Source: a virus
Lineage: Duplodnaviria > Caudoviricetes
Virus record (IMG/VR): IMGVR_UViG_3300042523_000723
Coordinates: 1 to 64,000 of that record
Direction: 5' to 3' (one strand)
DNA length: 64,000 nucleotides
Below are positions 1 to 8,944 of the stretch, piece by piece. The notes beneath the pieces are model-generated. The model saw nothing but the letters and a program-made list of their open reading frames with translations. It ran no database searches and had not been told where the DNA came from. The number at the start of each line of letters is the position of its first letter. Within the stretch, counting starts at the first letter, position 1. The position numbers and the translations under genes are program-made.

Positions 1-1
1 A

Positions 2-574
2 TTTATTAAGTTTAGTGAAAAAATATTAGTAGGTACACTTAATAAGAAAAACTATGTCACAATACATTTAGGATACAATAGAGATACTGATACAACATCT
101 AAAACAAAAAAATTTAGTATCTTAGTACATAGGGAAGTTGCCAAATCATTTATTGACAATCCACACGATTTACCACAGATTAATCATATAAATGGGAACA
201 CTTACGATAATAATGTTTCTAATTTAGAATGGTCTGATAATACATATAACCAACATCACAGGTATGAGGTTTTAAAAAAGGAAAAAACTATTATAAATGT
301 CAATAAAGATAGAATAGTAAAAGTACATAAGTATGATAAGTTTGGTAAACTATTAAAGACATATGATTCTATTAGTGAGGCGGCGAAAGAAAATAATACC
401 ACAACAGGTAACATCTGTAAAGTAGATAGAGGATATCGTATGACTGCGAGTGGATTTGTATGGAAAGTAGACAAAAAAAGTAGATATCAAAGATACAGAC
501 ACGATGGTAAAGAAAGAGGAATTAAAAGAAACTACCAACAAGAAATAGATGTGAATGAAAATCATGAAGGATAA
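2..574 (+). CDS. HNH homing endonuclease with NUMOD1-like C-terminal domain (5' partial)
   Basis: Frame +2 is open from the window edge to TAA at 572-574. It translates to LVHREVAKSFIDNPHDLPQINHINGNTYDNNVSNLEW (HNH_3-type) and YDKFGKLLKTYDSISEAAK...GFVWK (NUMOD1-like). Not in the ORF track because it lacks a start. Confidence 0.85.
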   Translation, partial: FIKFSEKILVGTLNKKNYVTIHLGYNRDTDTTSKTKKFSILVHREVAKSFIDNPHDLPQINHINGNTYDNNVSNLEWSDNTYNQHHRYEVLKKEKTIINVNKDRIVKVHKYDKFGKLLKTYDSISEAAKENNTTTGNICKVDRGYRMTASGFVWKVDKKSRYQRYRHDGKERGIKRNYQQEIDVNENHEG

Positions 575-675
575 TAAGGACAAGATATTATTCAAAACAG
601 AGTTAAAATAATATATGAGAAGATATTGTAACAAAATACTGTATTTACGATATAATTACCAAAAAATAAATAGAT

Positions 676-882
676 ATGACAATAGAAGAAAAAGAAGAAT
701 GGGAATATGTGTATTATAAAATGATGGAAGAAGGATTCCACTACTGTTTTAAACATTATTCCGATTTTATTGATATTAAAGATGAAGAGTTCCATAGACT
801 AAGAACTAACTATCTAAAGTCCGCCAATGAACTAGAGACATATATTAAAAACAAATATAAGGGGGAAATAGACGAAGAATAA
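676..882 (+). CDS. small hypothetical phage protein
   Basis: 68-aa ORF with an A-rich upstream region, same strand as its neighbours. Confidence 0.6.
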   Translation: MTIEEKEEWEYVYYKMMEEGFHYCFKHYSDFIDIKDEEFHRLRTNYLKSANELETYIKNKYKGEIDEE

Positions 883-991
883 ACAAAAAAAGAGTCATAA
901 AATATTTGACATTATAGAAATATAAGGGTTTTTTATTGTTATTAAATCATTAAATAATTCTTTAACGAAAAAAGTTAACATATTTATTAGT

Positions 992-1690
992 ATGTTAAAG
1001 AGTTTTATAACTATAATAATACCTTGTAAAAATGAAGAAAATTACATAGGTGATACACTTTTATCATTAAACAAACAAAGAGACATTGAAGGGGTTAAAG
1101 TCATTATATTGGATTCAAACTCAACGGACAACACTTTATTTATAATTAATGAATTTAAAAAAATCGTAAGTTATGATATAGTTGTTGAGTTAGGTGGTAA
1201 AGTTTCATATGCTCGTAATAAAGGTGCAAAAATGGTTAATACAAAATACGTTTTGTTTTTGGACGCTGATGTAACATTTATGGAAAGAGATACAATATTA
1301 AAGTCTTTTTTTGAATTAGAATATGGATATGATTTAGTAACTTGTAAATTAAAAAGTAGATCGGGATTTCCACTCAGTTTAGGTTTTTATTTATTTAACT
1401 TAGTCCATTCTTTTTTAAGGACTTCTTTTTCTATGGGGGCATATTTTATGACATCCTTAGAATCATTCAATATATACGGTGGGTTTGATGAAACAATAAA
1501 ACAAAGTGAGGATTTTATATTGAGTAAAAAATATCCCATACATAAACTTAAAATCATAAAAAGGTATATCACACAAGATGATAGAAGGTTTAAAAAGATG
1601 GGTTATTGGTTTTTTATAAAATTATTAATTAAGAATTATATAAAAAGAAATGATGAAGATCATTTTAGAAAAGAAATAAATTATTTTTAA
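992..1690 (+). CDS. glycosyltransferase family 2
   Basis: IIIPCKNEE, ILDSNSTDNT, ARNKGA, LFLDAD (DxD), GGFDE...SED motifs. Confidence 0.9.
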   Translation: MLKSFITIIIPCKNEENYIGDTLLSLNKQRDIEGVKVIILDSNSTDNTLFIINEFKKIVSYDIVVELGGKVSYARNKGAKMVNTKYVLFLDADVTFMERDTILKSFFELEYGYDLVTCKLKSRSGFPLSLGFYLFNLVHSFLRTSFSMGAYFMTSLESFNIYGGFDETIKQSEDFILSKKYPIHKLKIIKRYITQDDRRFKKMGYWFFIKLLIKNYIKRNDEDHFRKEINYF

Positions 1691-2392
1691 ATGAAAGTAG
1701 ATGCATTATTTATATCAGATATACATTTAGGTAGTAAAGGATCCAATTCTAAATTACTGTTGGAAATGTTAAAAGAATATGACCCCAAAGAATTATTTAT
1801 TGTGGGAGATTTTATTGATGGTTGGTTGTTAAAGAAGAGACATTATTGGACACAGGATTTTTCCAATGTAATACGTAAAATATTGTCATATTCTAAAAAG
1901 GGTACTAAAGTTACGTATATTACAGGTAATCATGATGATTTTTTAAGAAGTTACACCCCTTTATACTTTGGTGAAAATATAGAGGTAATTAATGAAACCA
2001 TATGGAATGATTATTTTATAACACATGGGGATTTATACGATGGTATAGTACAAATGAAATGGTTGGGTAAATTGGGGTCATTTGGTTATGAACTGGCGAT
2101 TAGTTTAGATATGTTAATGAAGAAGTTTGGATATAAGAAATCATTAAGTAAATTCTTAAAAAAGAAAGTAAAAGATGCGGTTAAATTCATAACTAACTTT
2201 GAAGATCAATTGGTGTATCAATCGAAAAAAAGAAATTGTAAGGGTGTTATTTGTGGACACATACATACACCAGAAAATAAATTCGTAGATGAAATACATT
2301 ATCTAAACTGTGGGGATTGGATTGAGAACAATAGTTATATTGTCTACGATAAGGGTATATGGGAATTAAAAGAAATGATTAAACCAATGTAA
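1691..2392 (+). CDS. PlcP/LpxH2-like metallophosphoesterase (putative phospholipase C)
   Basis: Calcineurin-like motifs FISDIHLG, VGDFIDGW, GNHD, HGD, CGHIH, NCGDW. GNHD rather than LpxH GNRD. Immediately follows the GT2 gene. Confidence 0.8.
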   Translation: MKVDALFISDIHLGSKGSNSKLLLEMLKEYDPKELFIVGDFIDGWLLKKRHYWTQDFSNVIRKILSYSKKGTKVTYITGNHDDFLRSYTPLYFGENIEVINETIWNDYFITHGDLYDGIVQMKWLGKLGSFGYELAISLDMLMKKFGYKKSLSKFLKKKVKDAVKFITNFEDQLVYQSKKRNCKGVICGHIHTPENKFVDEIHYLNCGDWIENNSYIVYDKGIWELKEMIKPM

Positions 2393-2580
2393 CCATAACA
2401 ATTTCATATTATATAAAGGTTACGCAATATAGATTATCATACTATATATACGATATGATTATATTAACTATAGTAGGTATATCGTTTCTGATGGTACTTA
2501 AAGACAGAAAAGACTATTTCGATTATTATGGAAAAAAATAAATCCTCACCTCATCAGTGGGGATTTTTATTATATACGAT

Positions 2581-2588
2581 ATATTTAT
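2581..2588 (+). promoter_or_regulatory. ATATTTAT putative phage late-promoter motif (representative copy)
   Basis: The same octamer lies shortly upstream of the starts at 992, 2593, 9803, 10864, 12327, 17350, 18051, 19522, 21545, 23827, 28341, 28937, 36995, 37846, 43344, 45300, 48534, 50487, 52265, 54176 and 57412, and on the minus strand before 27214, 59656 and 63647. Confidence 0.6.
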
Positions 2589-2592
2589 ATGT

Positions 2593-3528
2593 ATGAATTT
2601 ACAAAACAATATAAGAAGAATATTACTCGAAGAAACGGAACCAAGAGTATTAAATGAATGTGTAATTGCAGGAGTTAAATTAGAAGATACCATTGTTTTG
2701 GCAAAAAATAGGGATAGAGGTTATAAGGCGAAAATTGAATTGGTTCACGAAATAGTTGACGGTGTTGAGATTGCCTATTGGAGAGATACTGATACTGATT
2801 GGAGTGAGGGAATGAATGAGTATGGAATCAGTATTGTAAATTCTGCTTTATCAACCGCTTCCGATGAAAAAGAAGGTGAAAAAGTACTTAAACAACGAAA
2901 AATTAAAAACGATAAAACTGAAAAGAGGGTATACTCAAAAGATGGACAAAAAATAAGAGAAGCTCTTACAAAAAAAGATATGCAATCTGCAGTAAAGTCA
3001 TTAATTGAATTTACTGGAACAAAAAGTAAATGGGGTTTAAGAGGTGAGACATTTGTATCAGATGGTAAAGATATTTATGTTATTGAAATGACATCAAAAC
3101 ATGTACCAATAATTAAAAAATTAGAAGAGGATTCTAAAATAGTTGTTAGATCAAATCATGGAGTATATCAAAAAGATGCGGGATACACTACGGGTGAAAA
3201 AAGAAAATCATCTGTATCTAGAATGGAATTGGCGAAAAAACATTTAAAAGATGCCAAAACAGATATGGATGTAATTAATACATTAAAACAAAAATATGAT
3301 GACGATCCATTCTTAAATCCATATAGGACTAAAAATATGTATAATATGCATACTGTTGGACAAATTATGATGAACATAAAAGAAAAACAAATTGTTATAA
3401 GAATGGACAATGAGATGGGGGAATTTGAGGGTATCAATAATAAATTACCTAAAGGTTATTCACCAAAAATAAAGATAAGAATAGAGAATGAGAAAACTCA
3501 TCACAAAGGGAAAAAATTGCCAACATAA
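2593..3528 (+). CDS. Ntn-hydrolase superfamily protein (NRDE/C45-like) with N-terminal leader
   Basis: Start reassigned to ATG 2593 (MNLQNNIRRILLEE). CVIAG...LAKNRDR, EGMNEYGISIVNS and RSNH are typical of Cys-nucleophile Ntn hydrolases. Confidence 0.7.
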   Translation: MNLQNNIRRILLEETEPRVLNECVIAGVKLEDTIVLAKNRDRGYKAKIELVHEIVDGVEIAYWRDTDTDWSEGMNEYGISIVNSALSTASDEKEGEKVLKQRKIKNDKTEKRVYSKDGQKIREALTKKDMQSAVKSLIEFTGTKSKWGLRGETFVSDGKDIYVIEMTSKHVPIIKKLEEDSKIVVRSNHGVYQKDAGYTTGEKRKSSVSRMELAKKHLKDAKTDMDVINTLKQKYDDDPFLNPYRTKNMYNMHTVGQIMMNIKEKQIVIRMDNEMGEFEGINNKLPKGYSPKIKIRIENEKTHHKGKKLPT

Positions 3529-3529
3529 T

Positions 3530-4156
3530 ATGAACCTACAAGAAGAAATAAAAAGAATAAAGTCAATGATGGGACTTATTAATGAAGAAGTTAAATCTGA
3601 AGAAATGAAAGATGAGAGTAGTTTATATAGTAAACTGTTATCATCTATAAGTAGATTTATTCAAGGTAAAGAATTACATGATTTCTTATTAAAAATTAAA
3701 ACAGTAACATCATTTGATGATTTTACGTTGGAGTATTCAAAAGGTTTTGAAGGTGCGAATCAATTTATAATTAATATTATAGATATTAATAACAATGAAA
3801 AAGTTGGAAAATTTGTAGCATTTGTCTATAAAGATAGTGAAACTAAAAAACACTCATTACAAATACAAAAAGTTGAAATATATCCAAAATATAAGGGTGA
3901 AGGAATAATGAGAAGATTTTATCGGGATTTTAATGAATGGTTAAAAAGTAATTTCAACAACTTTGACATGTTCACTTCCGACTTTATATTCTTATATAAC
4001 GATGAAACAGGAAAGTATGATGGTTATAATATGTGGGAAGATTTAGTTAATAAAGGATTAGCGGTTAGATTAGGTCCAGATGAAAGTTATATTCCACCAG
4101 TTGATCCACCTGCAGATAAAATGTGGAAATTAGATTATGGATACAAACTTATTTAA
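3530..4156 (+). CDS. GNAT-like protein with MNLQEE leader
   Basis: Start ATG 3530. IQKVEIYPKYKGEGIMRRFY resembles GNAT acetyl-CoA-binding motif A. Confidence 0.6.
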   Translation: MNLQEEIKRIKSMMGLINEEVKSEEMKDESSLYSKLLSSISRFIQGKELHDFLLKIKTVTSFDDFTLEYSKGFEGANQFIINIIDINNNEKVGKFVAFVYKDSETKKHSLQIQKVEIYPKYKGEGIMRRFYRDFNEWLKSNFNNFDMFTSDFIFLYNDETGKYDGYNMWEDLVNKGLAVRLGPDESYIPPVDPPADKMWKLDYGYKLI

Positions 4157-4157
4157 T

Positions 4158-4547
4158 ATGAACCTACAAGAACAAATATCAAGAATGAAGTCAATGATGG
4201 GAATGGATAATTCTCGTTTAACTTTTGACATGAAAAAGTTACTCGATGATGGTGTTATTTTTATAACACAGGCTCACAATTTAACCACTGGTAAAATGTA
4301 TCCACCTGAGAAAGACCCTGAAACAGGTGAAATGTATTACGACTCAACAAATTTAATTACATTTCATAATCTTATGGAGCCTGAAAAAGGAACACAAGAT
4401 GGTATACCTGAAGCTATGAAACACCTAAGACCTGATAGGATTGACCATTGGCAACAAACACAAAATGAATTAGTTGATGACAAATATAATCAAATAATAA
4501 AATCAATCGAAATGAAAGGTAAAGATATAGATAATTATACAATATGA
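4158..4547 (+). CDS. hypothetical protein with MNLQEQ leader
   Basis: Start ATG 4158, leader MNLQEQISRMKSMMG. Confidence 0.7.
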   Translation: MNLQEQISRMKSMMGMDNSRLTFDMKKLLDDGVIFITQAHNLTTGKMYPPEKDPETGEMYYDSTNLITFHNLMEPEKGTQDGIPEAMKHLRPDRIDHWQQTQNELVDDKYNQIIKSIEMKGKDIDNYTI

Positions 4548-5071
4548 ACCTGCAAGAAGAAATAAAAAGAATAAAGTCAATGATGGGGATTGTTACAGAA
4601 ACAAGACAAGGAATGTTTAATTGGTTAAAAGAAAAACTACCAAACACTCCTGAATATGTAATAAGAGATTGGGTTTATAAAATGATTACACAATCAGACG
4701 ATGTAAACACATATGAAGGTATTACAGAATGGATTGATGAGTGGGTTAAAGATATGGAATGGGAGTTTCAAAAAGATTTTCCAATATCAATGGATATATT
4801 TACCGATAAAACAAAAAAAGAGTTAGAAAGTAGAATTGGGGGTGAAGTAAGACAAGATGTTGATAAAGATACTGAAAGACATGAAACACAAAAAGATTTA
4901 CTTCAAAGTAAGGGAGTATCTGAAGAACCAATTATTTTATTTAAAACCAAAGATGGTAAGTATGAATTAGGTGAAGGGTGGCATAGAACCACACAGACAT
5001 TTATACAATTCCCCGATGGGTTTATACAACCTAATGTATATATCGGATTAAACGCTAAATGGTTAGATTAA
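4544..5071 (+). CDS. ParB/Srx-like domain protein with MNLQEE leader
   Basis: EEPIILF...YELGEGWHRT resembles the ParB N-terminal xxGxHR motif. Confidence 0.6.
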   Translation: MNLQEEIKRIKSMMGIVTETRQGMFNWLKEKLPNTPEYVIRDWVYKMITQSDDVNTYEGITEWIDEWVKDMEWEFQKDFPISMDIFTDKTKKELESRIGGEVRQDVDKDTERHETQKDLLQSKGVSEEPIILFKTKDGKYELGEGWHRTTQTFIQFPDGFIQPNVYIGLNAKWLD

Positions 5072-5072
5072 T

Positions 5073-5795
5073 ATGAACTTACAGGAACAAATACATAGGA
5101 TGAAACAAATGATGGGGATTAATGAAGTAACCAATCCCTATAATGTTAATTGGATTCCACCCACAGAAGAATATTTCACACAAGAGTTAGATGAACTATT
5201 GGGTAATAATATGAGGTTCAGTAAAGACGAATTCTTCCACCCACAAAACTATGATACAGTATATTCATTATTTCCTCACACATTTAAGATGATCGCGGAA
5301 CATTCCAAAGGGGATAACATAGAATCTGAAGAAGAGATAAAAGAAATATTGGTGGGTAAAGAGATTTCTGAATTAATGGATGATTGGAATGAATTTAGAA
5401 GGTCATTGATGATAGATAAAGAATCACAGATGGAGGCTTTCAATTTATTCAGAATGGGAACTATGGAACATTGGGATGATGAAAAAATTAATACCACATT
5501 CTATATGGGTAATTTTAGTAAGAACTTTCCTGATATGTTTAAAGATACCACATCATCAGGTTTATTAAAACAAATGGGTGACGATGTAAATTTACAAGGG
5601 TATAGTAAAAACATAGAGAACTTTAGAAACGATAGGAATTTACAATTACCACCACCTTTTGTAATGTCTTTACCAAATGGAGGGAGAGAAGGTAATATGT
5701 ATACATTAATAGGTGGACATAAGAGATCCACAGTTGCCAGACAGTTAAATGTTCCAGTGGACGTATGGTTTATAAATCTATCCAAAACTAATTAA
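5073..5795 (+). CDS. ParB/Srx-like domain protein with MNLQEQ leader
   Basis: PPPFVM...YTLIGGHKRSTVARQL...VDVWFI. Confidence 0.55.
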   Translation: MNLQEQIHRMKQMMGINEVTNPYNVNWIPPTEEYFTQELDELLGNNMRFSKDEFFHPQNYDTVYSLFPHTFKMIAEHSKGDNIESEEEIKEILVGKEISELMDDWNEFRRSLMIDKESQMEAFNLFRMGTMEHWDDEKINTTFYMGNFSKNFPDMFKDTTSSGLLKQMGDDVNLQGYSKNIENFRNDRNLQLPPPFVMSLPNGGREGNMYTLIGGHKRSTVARQLNVPVDVWFINLSKTN

Positions 5796-5801
5796 TAACT
5801 G

Positions 5802-5829
5802 AACCTCTATAGAAATATAGGGGTTTTTT
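5802..5829 (+). terminator. intrinsic terminator
   Basis: aacctctata-gaaa-tataggggtt hairpin followed by a T run; related hairpins at ~7910, ~9983 and ~10418. Confidence 0.75.
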
Positions 5830-5856
5830 GTTTTATAAAAAAATAATGAAAATAAT

Positions 5857-5887
5857 TTTGGTGGTTAAAAAAAAATGATTATATTTG
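5857..5887 (+). promoter_or_regulatory. Bacteroidota sigma70-type promoter (TTTG-N19-TATATTTG)
   Basis: Matches the Bacteroidetes -33/-7 consensus, 19 nt upstream of ATG 5907. Confidence 0.7.
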
Positions 5888-5906
5888 TATAACAATATTT
5901 AGGAAT

Positions 5907-6323
5907 ATGAAATCAAATAAAAACATAGCGGTAGTAGGGTCACGTAACTTCACAGACAAAGATACCTTTAAAAAGGCATTAAATGAAGTTATATCTATCG
6001 AAGGCACACCTAAGAAAATCGTATCGGGAGGTGCCATTGGTGCCGACACTTTAGCCTATGAATGGGCAATAGACAACGATATTGAGGTTTTAGTTTTCAA
6101 ACCTAAATATAAGGACTTCCCTAAGAAAGAAAGTAGGTGGATGGCACCTAAAGAGAGAAATACCACAATCGTAGATAACTCAGACATAGTGTTAGCGTTT
6201 TGGGATATGGAATCTAATGGTACTAAAGACACTATCGACAAATCAGTAAAAAAAGGAAAAAAGGTATATTTATATAATATAAAAGAAAATAAAATATCCT
6301 TATACTGTGATGAAATTATATAA
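5907..6323 (+). CDS. SLOG family (YspA/DprA-like, DUF2493-type) protein
   Basis: IAVVGSRNF, IVSGGAIGAD, RN...IVDNSDIVLAFWD.ESNGT motifs. Confidence 0.85.
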   Translation: MKSNKNIAVVGSRNFTDKDTFKKALNEVISIEGTPKKIVSGGAIGADTLAYEWAIDNDIEVLVFKPKYKDFPKKESRWMAPKERNTTIVDNSDIVLAFWDMESNGTKDTIDKSVKKGKKVYLYNIKENKISLYCDEII

Positions 6324-7056
6324 TATTTTTAAAGAATACATTACTGAAGGTATTCGATACGACAATGAAGAATACATCATAGACTACGAAAAAGATTTGG
6401 TTGATGATATTATTAGGTTTAGTGATAATTTATCTTTTAAGAAAGATGTATATGGGAATGTAGTGATGATAGGTATTCCAGTTAAAAAATCTGAAAATAA
6501 AAATAAATTACTAAATGATATTAAGAAAGGGGTTAATATCGATACTAAGGACATTTCAATTATTATTGATAAGATAATAAGTAATTTAAGTGACAATGTA
6601 AACTTAAGTGATTTTGATTATGTTGTTTCCCCTAAAAGTTCCTCACTTTTAACAAAAAGTTTAATAGATAAACTAAGTTTGTTGAGTAATAATACTACCT
6701 TCATTAGTGATATGTTCTTAAAAAATGATGTTGATAATATTTGGTTGGATATTGAGACTGCGAAAAAAGAACTTGAACCTAAATATATAAAGATGTTAGT
6801 TAAATCCTTTGATAGATCCAAACAAGATGAAGGTCAATCAATGAAATTACAGAGATTAGGAAAATATCATAGGAAATACGTTAGGGATATGTTAATAATA
6901 AATTCAGATTACGATAATATTGTTGTGGATATGTTAGATAAAAACGTATTAGTTATTGACGACATATTAACTACGGGAAAAACTTTGAATGATATTCGGA
7001 ATATATTAACTAACCTAAGTACTGGTCGAATAACATTTTTTACTATGTTTGGGTAA
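6307..7056 (+). CDS. type I phosphoribosyltransferase-fold protein
   Basis: PRPP-binding loop VLVIDDILTTGKTL and VVSPKSS; N-terminus MKLYNIFKEYITEG is leader-like. Confidence 0.8.
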   Translation: MMKLYNIFKEYITEGIRYDNEEYIIDYEKDLVDDIIRFSDNLSFKKDVYGNVVMIGIPVKKSENKNKLLNDIKKGVNIDTKDISIIIDKIISNLSDNVNLSDFDYVVSPKSSSLLTKSLIDKLSLLSNNTTFISDMFLKNDVDNIWLDIETAKKELEPKYIKMLVKSFDRSKQDEGQSMKLQRLGKYHRKYVRDMLIINSDYDNIVVDMLDKNVLVIDDILTTGKTLNDIRNILTNLSTGRITFFTMFG

Positions 7057-7057
7057 T

Positions 7058-7105
7058 ATGAACCTACAAAAATCCATAAGAAGAATAATAAACGGATTAA
7101 AATGA
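7058..7105 (+). pseudogene. orphan leader micro-ORF MNLQKSIRRIINGLK
   Basis: Copy of the ATGAACCTACAA leader start that ends after 15 codons and overlaps the ATG at 7102. Confidence 0.5.
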
Positions 7106-7789
7106 AATTAAATTCAAACATACCGAGTTTTAAAGCCCTAATTCGTAAATCTTATTTTACTAAAAACAAAGAAGACAACAACGAGTTTTATAATGTCTAT
7201 GTTTTCGGCATCCAATCTGTTTCTGGAGTTATATTAACATTTCATGTTATGGTAGATAATGGGATGGTTCGTTCAAGAGTTCCTATATCAGAAATTTACA
7301 CTAAAATACCAACAAATGATATTCCATTTAATTTCAAACAATTATGGGATTGTTTTAGTGAAAATGTAAGTGTTATTGAATTTGATTTTTTAGTGCACCA
7401 TAGAGCACAAATAGTTCTAAGAGATGGAAAAAAAGTTTGGGGGACTTATATGTTTACTATAGACTGGTTTAACAATCCATATAGTGATGAACCTTCAGAC
7501 TATAAGTGTGGACATATATTTGAATCAGACGAAGGATATTTAATGTGTATGCCTAATAATAGAATATTTTGGAAAGATTCAAACTGGGTAACTAAAAAAC
7601 TACCTGAAAATTTAAAACAATATAAGGTGGATACTGAATTACCTTCTGTAGAAAACCAATCAGATAAATGGATAACAGAAGATGGGGATTCATTTTATTA
7701 TGATATGAATGAAGATAAATAAAGTTTGTTAATACAACCCAATTAATAAATTATTTTTATGTGTCGACAAAAATCCATAAGAAGAATAA
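7066..7789 (+). repeat. 23-bp direct repeat acaaaaatccataagaagaataa flanking a gene
   Basis: Identical copies at 7066-7088 and 7767-7789. Confidence 0.8.
7102..7722 (+). CDS. phage hypothetical protein
   Basis: 206-aa ORF with QLWDCFS, YMFTIDW and PNNRIFW, resembling a widespread phage family of unknown function. Confidence 0.75.
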   Translation: MKLNSNIPSFKALIRKSYFTKNKEDNNEFYNVYVFGIQSVSGVILTFHVMVDNGMVRSRVPISEIYTKIPTNDIPFNFKQLWDCFSENVSVIEFDFLVHHRAQIVLRDGKKVWGTYMFTIDWFNNPYSDEPSDYKCGHIFESDEGYLMCMPNNRIFWKDSNWVTKKLPENLKQYKVDTELPSVENQSDKWITEDGDSFYYDMNEDK

Positions 7790-7909
7790 AAAAGTTTTGG
7801 TGGTTAAAAAAAATGATATCTATGGGTTTGGAGTAATCTGATACACTTTTACACTCTATCTATAGTTCCGAAATCCATAGGTTTAATTAGGTTTTCGTTA
7901 ACGGTTGAC

Positions 7910-7938
7910 AAACCCTTACAGAAATGTAGGGGTTTTTT
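7910..7938 (+). terminator. intrinsic terminator (duplicated at ~9983-10011)
   Basis: aaacccttaca-gaaa-tgtaggggtttttt present at both sites. Confidence 0.75.
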
Positions 7939-7975
7939 ATATTATGTAAAATGATTAAACTTTTACCATAAAAAA

Positions 7976-8006
7976 TTTGGTAGTTAGAAAAATTTGTTTA
8001 TCTTTG
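7976..8006 (+). promoter_or_regulatory. Bacteroidota-type promoter (TTTG-N19-TATCTTTG)
   Basis: Consensus match upstream of ATG 8024. Confidence 0.7.
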
Positions 8007-8023
8007 TAAAAAAATAATATTTT

Positions 8024-8944
8024 ATGGGTGAGAAAATGTTAACTATCGGAACAATGTCTAAGACAGACATTAAAGATTATTTAGAGAATTTAAATTTAAA
8101 GGTTGAACTAAAAAATTTAAATGTTAAGGTATCAGACGTAATTTACGAAACAACTGACTTAACGATCTTTAAGTTTATGGAAGAAGGTAATCGACCAATT
8201 GATTGGGATCACGTTAAACAACTTAAGGAACGAATGGGGGAAAAGTTTTTACGAACCATTATAATTGTAAATAAATTTATGGAGATTATCGAAGGTCAAC
8301 ATAGGTATAGTGCAATTAAAAAAATTAATGAAGAAAATAGAGTAAAAGGATTACCACTCATATCAATTGAATTTGTGGTATGTGAAGATTATGGTGTGGA
8401 AGAGTGTTGTGAGTACAACGGTAAAGGTAAAAATTGGACTAACAAAAACATTACAGAGGGTGGTAAAATATTAAAGATTGAAGAGTATAAGATTTACGAT
8501 GAATTCGTTAAAAAATATAATCTACCACACAATGTAACTATTGGTTTATTAACGGGTGAAACCACCAATGCGAAAAATAGTTATGAGTTTAAAAATCTAA
8601 AATTAAAAATTGTAGACATTAACTCATCATTGGATAAGGCCAATAAAATTGTAGAGATAGTGAATACTGGTGTAATTCCTATTGGTAAATCTGATCAACC
8701 TATAAGTGTATTTGGGTTAGCGTTATTAGATGTCTTTAATGTTGAGGGTTACGATCACAATAGAATGGTTAGTAAGTGTAAGGAATATGTTCAAAGAGAA
8801 AATAAATCTCTTAGAAGGTTGACGAATATCACTGAACCATTGATTGAGTTTGAGGACATTTATAATCACAAAGAAAAATCCAAAACGTTGTTTATATCTG
8901 AGAAGAAGAAAAATGCGTACCTATTTAAACAAATGCGTAAGTAA
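8024..8944 (+). CDS. ParB-like N-terminal domain protein
   Basis: NRPIDWDHVKQL...IIIVN...IIEGQHRYSA. Confidence 0.75.
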   Translation: MGEKMLTIGTMSKTDIKDYLENLNLKVELKNLNVKVSDVIYETTDLTIFKFMEEGNRPIDWDHVKQLKERMGEKFLRTIIIVNKFMEIIEGQHRYSAIKKINEENRVKGLPLISIEFVVCEDYGVEECCEYNGKGKNWTNKNITEGGKILKIEEYKIYDEFVKKYNLPHNVTIGLLTGETTNAKNSYEFKNLKLKIVDINSSLDKANKIVEIVNTGVIPIGKSDQPISVFGLALLDVFNVEGYDHNRMVSKCKEYVQRENKSLRRLTNITEPLIEFEDIYNHKEKSKTLFISEKKKNAYLFKQMRK

